A stretch of 64,000 nucleotides of DNA from a virus (Duplodnaviria > Caudoviricetes): positions 93,487-157,486 of IMG/VR virus record IMGVR_UViG_645948442_000001. One strand, given 5' to 3'. Both the position numbers and the translations under genes were made by a program. Positions 37,152-46,193 of the stretch are shown here, one piece after another; the stretch's first letter is position 1; every line of letters starts with the position of its first letter. Below the pieces are notes generated by a model, which was not told where the DNA came from, searched no databases, and saw only the letters and a list, made by a program, of their open reading frames with translations.

Positions 37152-37829
37152 TCAGAAGTAGACGATTTGGTCTTCAGTGATGGCCACGCCGTTGATGCCC
37201 AGGCGGATGACGGTGCCGCGACCAGCAACCTTTTCCTTCAGCAGGTCGTAACCCTTGTCTGCCGGCTCCCAGTAGATGATGGAGGAGGCGCCGCCTTCGG
37301 TCCAACCGCACTCAGCCATCACTTCCTTGATCGTGGCGCCTTCGGCACGGCACAGCATCTTGAACACGATGTCGTTCTTGGTCCCGCGACGCACGCCCTT
37401 GATGACCTTCGCGGCAGGAGTGGCTGTCTCGGTTGTACCCGTTTCGGCCTTATCGCTGGGGGCCACACCCTCGGTCTCGACCTTGGTTTCCTTGGCCTCA
37501 TCAGCCTTCACGGCAGCCTGGACGGCATCCACTTGCTCGGGCGTCACGGGCACCATGGGGGCCAGACGGGGTTCGCGCACCTTCAGGATGCTGGTCACGT
37601 CGGCAGCAGGCTTCACTTCTTCGACTTCGGTGATCACGACCACTTCACGCTGGATGCGTTCCAGGCCGCAGGCCTTGCCAGCACCGTTGATCACTTTGCG
37701 CAGGCTGGTCTTGCCGCATTCGATGCCGGCAGTGGCCAGAGCAGCGTGGACTTGGGAGAGGCCCAGACCGTCGATGATCAGTTCGAAGCCGTTGTTGTTC
37801 GTGATGATGGTGTTGATGGAAGCGGTCAT
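37152..37829 (-). CDS. winged-helix (DUF3489-like) DNA-binding protein
   Basis: TKNDIVFKMLCRAEGATIKEVMAECGW; own promoter at ~37862. Confidence 0.7.
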   Translation of the reverse strand: MTASINTIITNNNGFELIIDGLGLSQVHAALATAGIECGKTSLRKVINGAGKACGLERIQREVVVITEVEEVKPAADVTSILKVREPRLAPMVPVTPEQVDAVQAAVKADEAKETKVETEGVAPSDKAETGTTETATPAAKVIKGVRRGTKNDIVFKMLCRAEGATIKEVMAECGWTEGGASSIIYWEPADKGYDLLKEKVAGRGTVIRLGINGVAITEDQIVYF

Positions 37830-37986
37830 TTGAATCTCCAGTAAGGTTTGAAAGTGAGTTTATTATAGCTTGATTTTTCAGTCGCCGTAAAGCCTTTTAT
37901 TTCGTAGGGCCTTTTGATATTTTCATCCAGCCCCTCAAGCTATGGCTCAATTATAAGCTGAAACTTGACCTAAAATAATTCCCTGC

Positions 37987-38283
37987 TCAAACGCGGGGGA
38001 ATGCGTTGTCCGCTTCCACCTCGTCCAATGGAGAATGGGTCATCATCTGCATCACGTGACCCATCTCATGCAGGAAAGTATCCCAGTTGGCCTCAGCACC
38101 GTGGTCGAATATCTCGATCCAGCACTTCAGTTTGTTTCCCTCGGTCTCCCTGGTGACCTCCTTGGACCGCCCCATGAGATCAGGACTGGACTTGGGGAGA
38201 ATCTTCACCACCACCCTCAGATCGCCGAGGATGCCGTTGCACCAGTCCTTCAGACCCTGGTGTCCGTTGATGCGATCCTTCAG
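37987..38283 (-). CDS. HEXXH metallopeptidase-like protein (start uncertain)
   Basis: DTFLHEMGHVMQ...EVEAD; no clear ATG outside the overlap with the upstream gene. Confidence 0.45.
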   Translation of the reverse strand: MKDRINGHQGLKDWCNGILGDLRVVVKILPKSSPDLMGRSKEVTRETEGNKLKCWIEIFDHGAEANWDTFLHEMGHVMQMMTHSPLDEVEADNAFPRV

Positions 38284-38675
38284 TCTCCTGGCCTCACCAT
38301 GAAGGCTGAAAGTGGCCCCACCGATGGAGGAATACAGAATTGGACACACTTCTTCCTCTGCTTGCGTGCCTTTTCCACTGCGTCCGCTGTTCCGGTTGAT
38401 TTGCCGTCCCATATTGATATCACCTCATCTGCTTTGTCGACCAGGAAGCCATTTCTGATCATCCCAGCACCCTTGTGACCGATCTTGTGCCAACCAGCGC
38501 CATAGCCCTGAACTGGCACCCCTCTGGACTTTGCCCATTCGTCTGCGAAGGTGTCCACTCCAATAGCGCCACCATGTATCATCATAGCATCATTGGGGAA
38601 GACGCGATCCAGTATGTGCCACACTGCTTGTTTGTCCTTGATGGACCTGCTGCCTGTTATTGCTACTGTCTTCAT
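38280..38675 (-). CDS. SLOG/YspA-like (DUF2493) protein
   Basis: ITGSR, HGGAIGVD, AGMIRN, WDGKSTGT motifs. Confidence 0.85.
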   Translation of the reverse strand: MKTVAITGSRSIKDKQAVWHILDRVFPNDAMMIHGGAIGVDTFADEWAKSRGVPVQGYGAGWHKIGHKGAGMIRNGFLVDKADEVISIWDGKSTGTADAVEKARKQRKKCVQFCIPPSVGPLSAFMVRPGD

Positions 38676-38714
38676 ATGAAAAGGCCCCGACCTTGCGGCC
38701 GGGGCGATTGTTGA

Positions 38715-39077
38715 TCAGTCCACCACGGGGAAGGATTGGAAACGGCGCGAGTCCAAGTAGTAGTACTCCTTGTCGTGACGGTTGTACTCGCAGTAGAGCA
38801 CACCCTTGTACAGTTGACCACCCACGATGAAATGCTGCTCGTAGGATTCCAGACCCACGTTGTGTGAACCCTCGCAGTCTGCACGAGCGATGGCGATCAA
38901 GGCGTCCTCGATCTCACACTCGGCCTCGTCCAACGAATCGTATTCGTTGTTCTTGGCATCCTCCAGCCAGTGTTCCAGGTCCACGTTGGCCTTGCCCAGA
39001 GCACTCTGCGCCGTTTGTACGGCGAGACGCAGGGCAGCCAGTTCAGCCTTTTGGGCTTCGGTGTGCAGCAACGGCAT
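38715..39077 (-). CDS. hypothetical protein
   Basis: ORF after regA, followed by a hairpin terminator. Confidence 0.7.
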   Translation of the reverse strand: MPLLHTEAQKAELAALRLAVQTAQSALGKANVDLEHWLEDAKNNEYDSLDEAECEIEDALIAIARADCEGSHNVGLESYEQHFIVGGQLYKGVLYCEYNRHDKEYYYLDSRRFQSFPVVD

Positions 39078-39080
39078 GGA

Positions 39081-39587
39081 TCAGGCCTCGGCTTGCTGTT
39101 CGCGAGGGGCGATGCGCTGACGGCGGAACTTGGGGGTCAGTTTCCAGTTGCCCTTGTCCTGGTGACGGACCACCTTCACGCCTGCCGGGGTCTGGGGCGA
39201 AACACCTTCCATCTGGGTGGGATCGACCACCTCGATGAAGCCCCAGTTGACCAGCATCTCGATCGCCTTGTTCTGGCGTGCGATGTCGCTGTCCTTCAGG
39301 CGGTTGTCCGTGCCGTGGAACACCAGGTACAGGAACTTGAAGTGGGCGATGTACTGCTTGCCCTCCAGGGTGATCAGGTGGGCCACCTGATTCAGCACAT
39401 CAGGGGTGTCGGCCGCGAAGGTTCCGATGCGTTCCAGAGTCTCGCGCACCCGGTTGGCCATGCTGCCCTGGTCGCTCTCCTTGAGCTTCACTTCCACCAG
39501 GTACGGCAGGATTGCTTGCACATCGCCATTGAACTCCACGCCCAGGGAGTCGATAGCACGCTTCGTTGTAGTTGTTTGGGAGGTCAT
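39081..39587 (-). CDS. regA: translational repressor RegA
   Basis: VRETLERIG...LNQVAHL...YIAHFK...WGFIEV; synteny 45-44-62-regA. Confidence 0.9.
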   Translation of the reverse strand: MTSQTTTTKRAIDSLGVEFNGDVQAILPYLVEVKLKESDQGSMANRVRETLERIGTFAADTPDVLNQVAHLITLEGKQYIAHFKFLYLVFHGTDNRLKDSDIARQNKAIEMLVNWGFIEVVDPTQMEGVSPQTPAGVKVVRHQDKGNWKLTPKFRRQRIAPREQQAEA

Positions 39588-39588
39588 A

Positions 39589-40011
39589 TCACTTCTTTCG
39601 ATTCGTTTTTGTCTGCACCAGGCCACCCTTTTGGTCCCGTGCCTTCAATTGTTCCAACTGCTCCTTGGTCATGAGCTTGATCATCTCAAGCGCACGTTCC
39701 TCGTTGCACTCATAAAAACCCCGGACGAATTCCACGTCCTCAGACATGGGCGCCTTCTTGGCCCACCCACCGTACCGCTTCGCTTTGGGCGTAGCGTGGT
39801 ATGCAAACGCATAGTGTAGTTGCTTGTCCGTGAACCCGCACCTGTTCAGTTCGTTGGCGACACTCAAAGTGCCTTGGTTCTGCGCGAGGCCACGCGTCAC
39901 CATGAACATGTTGTATGCCTTCAACGCCACAGGGTCATCGAGCATGTGCTCATCACCCCCGCGCTCACCAATCGACTTCAAGAAGTCGAACAACTGCGGG
40001 GGCTTGCTCAT
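39589..40011 (-). CDS. gp62: clamp loader small subunit
   Basis: LFDFL..YNMFMV.RGL..ANELN..KRYGGWAK; synteny. Confidence 0.9.
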   Translation of the reverse strand: MSKPPQLFDFLKSIGERGGDEHMLDDPVALKAYNMFMVTRGLAQNQGTLSVANELNRCGFTDKQLHYAFAYHATPKAKRYGGWAKKAPMSEDVEFVRGFYECNEERALEMIKLMTKEQLEQLKARDQKGGLVQTKTNRKK

Positions 40012-40991
40012 ACGAACTTGGTCTCCAGCATGATCGTGGTGCACATGGCAAGCGCATGCACGTAACGATCGGGCACCGTGTTGTGGTACCGCTGGTAGTC
40101 ATTGAGCGTGGCGATGGTGTCCACCAGAGATTGGGGCTGGAGCGAGGGGCGGAGGCCCTTCAGCAGAGCGCCATAGATGTCGTCACCGAACCGCTCGTAG
40201 TTCTCCATGCACCAGTCGTTGACGGCCTTGAAGTCCTTGCGCTTCAGGGATTCGACCAGCGTGGACACCATCGATGAGTCCATGCGCTGGAGAGCAGCGT
40301 TGTTGATCTCACCATACTGGCCAGCCAGGGACTGAAGACGCACCAGCACCTTGCGGTTGTCGGGGGCGCAGTCCTTCACCAGGTCAACCAGCGAGTTCAG
40401 ATCATAGGGCACACCCTCGGCTTCGAGGATGCCCATGGCCCGGCGGACGATCTGGGAGTTGATCTCGATCATCTCGTCGCTGTTGTAGATGAAGTCCACC
40501 TGATCGCAGCGGCTGAGCAGTGGCTCGACGATCTTGGTCTTGCTGTTGGTGGTGATGATGAAAGAACAGTGCTTGGACACCTGCTCCATCAGACCCTTCA
40601 AGGAGTCCTGCGCTGTTGAGCTGAGACGTTCGCCTTCGTCGAGGATCACCACCTTGAACCCGCCGCCCACCAGCGACATGGTGGTCGCGTACTCCAGAAC
40701 ACGGGTGCGGATGGTCTCCACATCGTTGTTCATGGAAGCGTTGATGAACAGCGGGCGGATGCCCAGGTAGTTGCACAGAGCCCAGGCCGCTGTGGTCTTG
40801 CCAGTTCCCGGGCTGGGGGAATAGAAGCACAGCGAGGGGATGCGGCCGTTCTCGACGTAGCTCAGCAGCTTGGTCTTGAAACCGGCAGGGAGCACGACGT
40901 TGTCCAGGTTGCTGGGGCGCCAGCGCTGGTACCACACGTGCTCCAGGGGGAAGTCGGGCACCATGACGGGTGTCTTTGTCGCTTCGGTCAT
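40008..40991 (-). CDS. gp44: clamp loader large subunit (AAA+)
   Basis: W.QRWRP, SPSPGTGKTT, ILDE, PLLSRC. Confidence 0.95.
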   Translation of the reverse strand: MTEATKTPVMVPDFPLEHVWYQRWRPSNLDNVVLPAGFKTKLLSYVENGRIPSLCFYSPSPGTGKTTAAWALCNYLGIRPLFINASMNNDVETIRTRVLEYATTMSLVGGGFKVVILDEGERLSSTAQDSLKGLMEQVSKHCSFIITTNSKTKIVEPLLSRCDQVDFIYNSDEMIEINSQIVRRAMGILEAEGVPYDLNSLVDLVKDCAPDNRKVLVRLQSLAGQYGEINNAALQRMDSSMVSTLVESLKRKDFKAVNDWCMENYERFGDDIYGALLKGLRPSLQPQSLVDTIATLNDYQRYHNTVPDRYVHALAMCTTIMLETKFV

Positions 40992-41011
40992 GTACTCTGT
41001 CTTCCCTTCGG

Positions 41012-41686
41012 TCAAACCACGTCTTTTTCGATGCCCACGAACAGGTTGAGCTTGCCGTCCACGCGCTTGAAGCTCGTGATGCCCGCCGCGCTGATGGCCA
41101 GATCGTAGTCGCCACTCGGCATGACCAGGTGCTGGAGTTGGAGGCGATAGAAGCCGTCCTGTGTGACCTCGGCGCCTTCGATCAGGATGGAGTTGTCCGA
41201 TGCCGCATTGCCCAGTTCAGGCGTGGTGGTGATCATGTGCACCACACCGCCCTTGGCCTGGAAGGCCAGGTTGTTGTGGCCGAACACACGGGCCAGACGG
41301 GTGATCTGGGCCAGGTCTTCGCCAGTCAGGCGGCAGCGCAGTTCTTCTGTGGGCAGGGCGATCTGGTTGCCCGGGTGGGTCACGAACTCCGAGTTGGCGA
41401 ACATGTACTTCACAGACGTGCGGCCAGACGTGATCATCACGTGGTCGGAGTTGTTGAAGCCCAGCTCGGCGCCTTCCATCTGGGACAGCACCTGGAGGAA
41501 GCGATTCAGCTCGTAGATGCTGAATTCCTCAGGGAAGGTGTCGGGAATCTCGGCTTCGAGAATCACCGATTGCGTCGGGCTCATCGAGAGGATGCGGTTG
41601 CCTCGGCCGATACGGATGGAGTTGTTGACCAGAGCGGCAGTGGCCAGAGCGGCCCGGGTTTCCTTGGAGAGTGCAATCTTTTGCAT
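41012..41686 (-). CDS. gp45: sliding clamp
   Basis: LSKETRAAL..NNSI..FSIYELNRFL..GDY; synteny. Confidence 0.9.
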   Translation of the reverse strand: MQKIALSKETRAALATAALVNNSIRIGRGNRILSMSPTQSVILEAEIPDTFPEEFSIYELNRFLQVLSQMEGAELGFNNSDHVMITSGRTSVKYMFANSEFVTHPGNQIALPTEELRCRLTGEDLAQITRLARVFGHNNLAFQAKGGVVHMITTTPELGNAASDNSILIEGAEVTQDGFYRLQLQHLVMPSGDYDLAISAAGITSFKRVDGKLNLFVGIEKDVV

Positions 41687-41791
41687 GAGAACCTTGGTTG
41701 TTTACAAAATCGCTTTGCAGCGGGGTAGAGGCTATTATAGCCTGGATTTTTATGGTTTCCGAGAAGAATGGGTTGTATACTAACTATTACA

Positions 41792-42376
41792 TCAGACAAT
41801 CCTCTTGTGATGGTTGACGGTAATCCGACCCTTGAGGTCTTCCTTGAGTTCCTCCCAGGACACGGGCCTGCCCCAGACATCCCATCCTACGTCACGAATA
41901 CGGCCTGGGTGGGTGTAGGGTTCTCCATGCAGATGGCCGTGGAAGTGGTACCAGCCATTCTTCATGTTTGGCCAAGCCAGATGGGGGAAGTGGCTCAGGA
42001 AGACAGTATCGCCGTCAGGCATCTTCTGGATCAGGTTGTCTGCTGTGATCACGAAGCGACGAACAAACGAAGCATCGTGACGCATCAAGTCCCAATCGTG
42101 ATTCCCGATGGCCAGAGCCATGTTGGTTGCCACCTTGTTCAGCCAGGTGTTGGTCTTCTCTTTGGAGAGGAATGACACATCACCGGTGACGAACAGAAGG
42201 TCGTTGGGCCCGCAGGTGTTGTTGATGGTGTCCAGCAAATGCTGATCCATCTCCTCCTGCGTCTCCCCCGGCCTGAAGGCCAGGTTCCCAAACTCCTTCA
42301 TCTTGTTGTGCCCCACATGCAGATCACTGGTGAACCAGATTTTGCTGAAGTGGGAGAGGTCGAGCACACTATGCAC
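41792..42376 (-). CDS. calcineurin-like metallophosphoesterase
   Basis: SDLH, GD, GNHD, HGHLH motifs. Confidence 0.9.
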   Translation of the reverse strand: MHSVLDLSHFSKIWFTSDLHVGHNKMKEFGNLAFRPGETQEEMDQHLLDTINNTCGPNDLLFVTGDVSFLSKEKTNTWLNKVATNMALAIGNHDWDLMRHDASFVRRFVITADNLIQKMPDGDTVFLSHFPHLAWPNMKNGWYHFHGHLHGEPYTHPGRIRDVGWDVWGRPVSWEELKEDLKGRITVNHHKRIV

Positions 42377-42917
42377 GCATCATCCTTTCGCGTTGCCTGG
42401 TGTCATAGTCCAAGTCGTTCTCCAACATCGCCTTGGGGATGGGAGCGTCCAGATTGACACCGCGTTGTACTTTGATGAGATAGGCGAAGAAGCCCGATGC
42501 TGCTCTGGCGATGTACTTGGGGTTGTGGAAACCCTTACGTTCCATGTGGCGGAGCACCGAGTTGTACACCATCTGACGTTGGCGCTTGAAGTAAGTCCAG
42601 TCAGACAGGTAGAGACCATCTACCGGCACATCTGAGACGATTTTGCATCCACTCAGAATTGGGTTTGTGACGATCTGGTCGAGATCCTCGCGATGATCGT
42701 AGTCGAAGCGAGTGCCGTTGCGGCTCTTCATGGACAACACATGGCTACCTGGAGTAGCCGAGGCCAGAGTGACGATGTGGTCCTCGGCCTCTATCTGCGT
42801 GTCTGTCATTCCCTCGCCATAATAGGGTTCGGGGTCCATGACGAAAGCCTGCGGAAGCATGATGCATTTGACGGGCGTCTTCTGTCCCAATGCTTCCACA
42901 ACAATTTCCATTTGCAT
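42369..42917 (-). CDS. hypothetical protein
   Basis: Follows the promoter at ~42980. Confidence 0.7.
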   Translation of the reverse strand: MQMEIVVEALGQKTPVKCIMLPQAFVMDPEPYYGEGMTDTQIEAEDHIVTLASATPGSHVLSMKSRNGTRFDYDHREDLDQIVTNPILSGCKIVSDVPVDGLYLSDWTYFKRQRQMVYNSVLRHMERKGFHNPKYIARAASGFFAYLIKVQRGVNLDAPIPKAMLENDLDYDTRQRERMMRA

Positions 42918-42997
42918 GTTCAGCCTTTTGGTTGGTGTATCCTTTATGCTAATGGTTGGGATGGCTTGTCGGAAACGATATTATAGCTGAAATTTTG

Positions 42998-43345
42998 GAC
43001 GCAGTTAACCACTTTCTCTCCGCATACCTGGGATGTGCTCCCACAGGCAACACAATCAGATAGCAGTGGGTTGGGTCACCCAGACCAACAATGGTCAGAT
43101 ACTCGTGCTTCGAGCAAACGCTCCAGGCCTCGGGCAAGCCTGCTCTCCCCCATCGCTACAAAGCCGCTCAGGGAACCTGTTGAGACAACCCAAATGTCCC
43201 AGTCTCTTCAAGTCTACATTGGCTTGGATTCCTGCATGGTCGTGAGTCCTATTGATGCAGTGGCTACACACCAGGTAGCCGGGACGGCCGAAGCCGCCAG
43301 TCTAAGCGTCGAAGGGAGCAATGTGGTCAGCTGAACCTTCACGTC
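42998..43345 (-). ncRNA. candidate ~350-nt structured non-coding RNA
   Basis: Promoter ATTTCAGGTATACT (reverse complement of 43351-43364); 5' and 3' ends pair; long-range helix with G-U pairs; cUUCGg hairpin; several local hairpins; no credible ORF. Confidence 0.55.
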
Positions 43346-43531
43346 AGTAGAGTATACCTGAAATGAGACCACCTAAAAACAAATCAGAAATTTATTCCCC
43401 ATACACAAATTACCCCAATAGATCAACCACTTAGAGGCCAAGAAACTGGCCCGCCACACCGAGGGTCAGAAGTGTGGAGAAAATCAGCTATAATAGGGGC
43501 TTGCCCGCAACTCAACAGAGGACACAAACAA

Positions 43532-45418
43532 GTGACACAAGACGTCAGCAAGTACAAAATGCTCTCGGAGCGAGATCACATCCGTATCCGCCCCGGGCGT
43601 TACCTGGGTGACATCAACACCAGTCTCGTGAAAGACAGCTGGACGGTCAACGAACAAGGTCAAGTCGAGCGCCGTGATGTACAACAGAACCCCGCGTTCA
43701 CCAAGCTGTTCGATGAAATCATCACCAACTCAGCCGACTTCAGCCTGACGGCTGACGGCAAGCACCTGAACATCATTCGGGTCGATTATAGCCGCGAACA
43801 CGGCTGTATCAGCGTCTACGACAATGGTGGTATCCCCGTCGTCGAGACCATCGTGGACCGTGAAGGGCAACCCACCAAGCTGTGGATCCCTGACATGATC
43901 TTCGGCTTCCTGCGGTCCGGCTCCAACTTCAACGATGAAGCCGACAGCGAGAGCGCAGGCCAGAACGGTGAAGGCTCGACTCTGGTCAACGTCTTCTCTT
44001 CTCGCTTCGATGTCGAGACATGTGATGGCAAGAACAAGTTCTCCATCACCTACCTGGATGGCATGGCCAACAAGACAGCCCCTGAAGTGGTTGCTGCGCA
44101 AGGGGCCACCCCATTCACCCGGATCACCTACTTCCCCGAGTGGTCCATCATGGGCATGACCGGTCAGGAAGACTGGATCGAAGACACCCTGCGCCGACGC
44201 TGCCTGGAGGTGGCCGCCTGCAACACCCACATCCGGGTGTACTACAACGGCAAGCCTGTCAACGTCAAGAAGTTCGGCGACTTCGCGGCCATGCTGGACC
44301 CGGTTTGCGTCAGCGAGAGCGCGCCCAAGTGGGATGTGGCCTTGAGCCTGAGCAAGAACGGCTTCAAGCACTACAGCTATGTGAACTCCACCTTGACGTT
44401 TGTCGGCGGCACTCACATCAACCACGTGATGGACAAGATCGTGGCCGAGGTCAGGGCCCACATCGAGTCCAAGACCAAGCAGGACATCAAACCAGCTGAA
44501 ATTCTGAACCAGTTCCAGCTGACGGTGGCCGCCCGCATCAACAACCCGCGCTACAGCAGCCAGACGAAGGAGAACCTGATCACCCCGGTCAGCTCGTACA
44601 ACGTCAAGTACAGTCCATCCAAGGAGTTCATCAAGGCGATCATCGACTCGCCCATGATGAAGAAGTTGCTGGAGTGGGCCGAGCGCCGCAAGGCCGTCCA
44701 GGACATCAAGGAGGCTGAGAAGGAAATCCAGGACGCCCGCAAGGCATCCTTCCACCACATCCCCAAGTACCGTCCTGCGACCAACAAGAACAAGGCCGAG
44801 AACATCCTGTTCGTGGCTGAAGGTGACTCGGCTCTGAAGCCCCTCCAGGCGGCCAAGAAGCCGCACCACGGTCTGTTCCCCTTGCGCGGCAAGCCGGACA
44901 ATGTGTTTGACAAGACCATCAGGCACCTGGCCAAGCAGAAGGAATTCCAGGACTTGATCCAAATTCTGGGTCTGGACCTACACCAATTCAACTCGGACAC
45001 CATCCGGTACTCTGCGCTGGTCGTGGCAACTGATGCTGACTTGGATGGTGCTCACATCCGTGGTCTGCTCACGGTCGCTTTCTGGCGTTTCTGGAGGCCT
45101 CTGATCGACGAAGGGTTCCTGCGCTTCCTGGTGACTCCGATCATCACGGTCAAGCAAGGCAAGGAGACCATCGAGTTCTTCACCGAGCAGGAGTATGAGG
45201 ACTGGAGGGCAGCCAACCCCACAGCCAAGTACACCCGCAAGTATTACAAGGGTCTGGGCTCCTGGGCCACCGAAGACATGGAACGGTTCATGAATGACCC
45301 CAAGTACATGGTCAAGGTACAACCGCTCACCGACGAAGACGTGGACAACCTCGTCCTCGCATTTGACCCCAGCAAGGCCGACGCCCGAAAATCCTGGTTG
45401 GGGTTGTCCGCCGATTAG
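43532..45418 (+). CDS. gp39: DNA topoisomerase II large subunit (fused gp39+gp60)
   Basis: EIITNSAD, GSNF, GQNGEG, EGDSA, PLRGK, DADLDG, YYKGLG; GTG start after GAGGA. Confidence 0.95.
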   Translation: MTQDVSKYKMLSERDHIRIRPGRYLGDINTSLVKDSWTVNEQGQVERRDVQQNPAFTKLFDEIITNSADFSLTADGKHLNIIRVDYSREHGCISVYDNGGIPVVETIVDREGQPTKLWIPDMIFGFLRSGSNFNDEADSESAGQNGEGSTLVNVFSSRFDVETCDGKNKFSITYLDGMANKTAPEVVAAQGATPFTRITYFPEWSIMGMTGQEDWIEDTLRRRCLEVAACNTHIRVYYNGKPVNVKKFGDFAAMLDPVCVSESAPKWDVALSLSKNGFKHYSYVNSTLTFVGGTHINHVMDKIVAEVRAHIESKTKQDIKPAEILNQFQLTVAARINNPRYSSQTKENLITPVSSYNVKYSPSKEFIKAIIDSPMMKKLLEWAERRKAVQDIKEAEKEIQDARKASFHHIPKYRPATNKNKAENILFVAEGDSALKPLQAAKKPHHGLFPLRGKPDNVFDKTIRHLAKQKEFQDLIQILGLDLHQFNSDTIRYSALVVATDADLDGAHIRGLLTVAFWRFWRPLIDEGFLRFLVTPIITVKQGKETIEFFTEQEYEDWRAANPTAKYTRKYYKGLGSWATEDMERFMNDPKYMVKVQPLTDEDVDNLVLAFDPSKADARKSWLGLSAD

Positions 45419-45429
45419 GTCAGTCCTAG

Positions 45430-45473
45430 CCAATCTCATAAGTACCCCCAACAGGGAGGTGCTTATGGATTGG
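45430..45473 (+). promoter_or_regulatory. RNA hairpin sequestering the RBS and start codon of the homing endonuclease gene
   Basis: CCAATC-t-CATAAGTACC-CCC-aaca-GGG-a-GGTGCTTATG-GATTGG. Confidence 0.75.
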
Positions 45474-46193
45474 AAAACGCAGTTGAACGTTGAATTGGCT
45501 TCTGAATTGCAGTGGTCCCGTTATGTGAAGTTTATTGATGCCAGGATCAATAGAGTTAAGCCGGAGGGCTACACAGAGCAACATCACTGTTGGCCTAGAT
45601 CGTTGGGAGGGGCCGACCGCAGTTGGAATTTGGTCCATCTCACCGCTAGGGAGCACTTCTTGGCGCACTGGTTGATCTGGAAGGCATTGAGGACCAAGGG
45701 TATGGCTTTGGCTTTCCTCTTCATGACCATGGGAGGAAATGAAGAGGAGAGTGAACACAGGAAACAATCCTCCAAGAGTTATGAATATGCCAGAAGGTCT
45801 GCTTCCATGGCTATGAAGGGAGCCAACAATCACATGTTCGGCATAGATAAGGAGAAACATCCGATGTATGGTACATTAGGCGGGTTCAGTGGAATGGTCC
45901 ACACCCAAAAGACCAAGGATTTGATGTCAGCCGGTAAGATCGGCAGCAAGAATCCGTTCTATGGGAAGAAGCACACTGAAGAAAACAAGAAGAAATTTGC
46001 GGAAAGAATCAACGCTTTCCAGGGCAAATCTCACTCTGAAGAAACGAGAGAGAAATTGAGGCAGCAAATGTTGGACAGGCCTCGCGCTTGCTGCCTCTTC
46101 TGCCGGGCAGAGAAGGAAGCAAGCAGCTTAAAGAATTGGCACGCTAAATGCGGCCAGACAGCAACGATCGTCACTCAAGAGGAACAACAATGA
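45465..46193 (+). mobile_element. free-standing HNH homing endonuclease with NUMOD3 repeats
   Basis: YTEQHHCWPRSLGG...NLVHLTAREHFLAH; NPFYGKKHTEE and GKSHSEET; more AT-rich than flanks; lies between the topoisomerase genes. Confidence 0.85.

Noticed and set aside
42998-43345. Identification as RNase P RNA or tmRNA (5' AGCUGACCA resembles the M1 RNA start)
   Set aside because: The conserved RNase P GAGGAAAGUCC element and a tmRNA/tRNA-like acceptor end with CCA are absent; kept only as an unknown RNA
43532-45418. T4 gene 60-style translational bypass, intron or intein in topoisomerase
   Set aside because: ATPase and Toprim motifs lie in one continuous frame of normal length
45294-45464. 57-aa N-terminal extension of the homing endonuclease shown in the ORF track
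   Set aside because: It overlaps the topoisomerase gene; the GGAGG RBS points to ATG 45465
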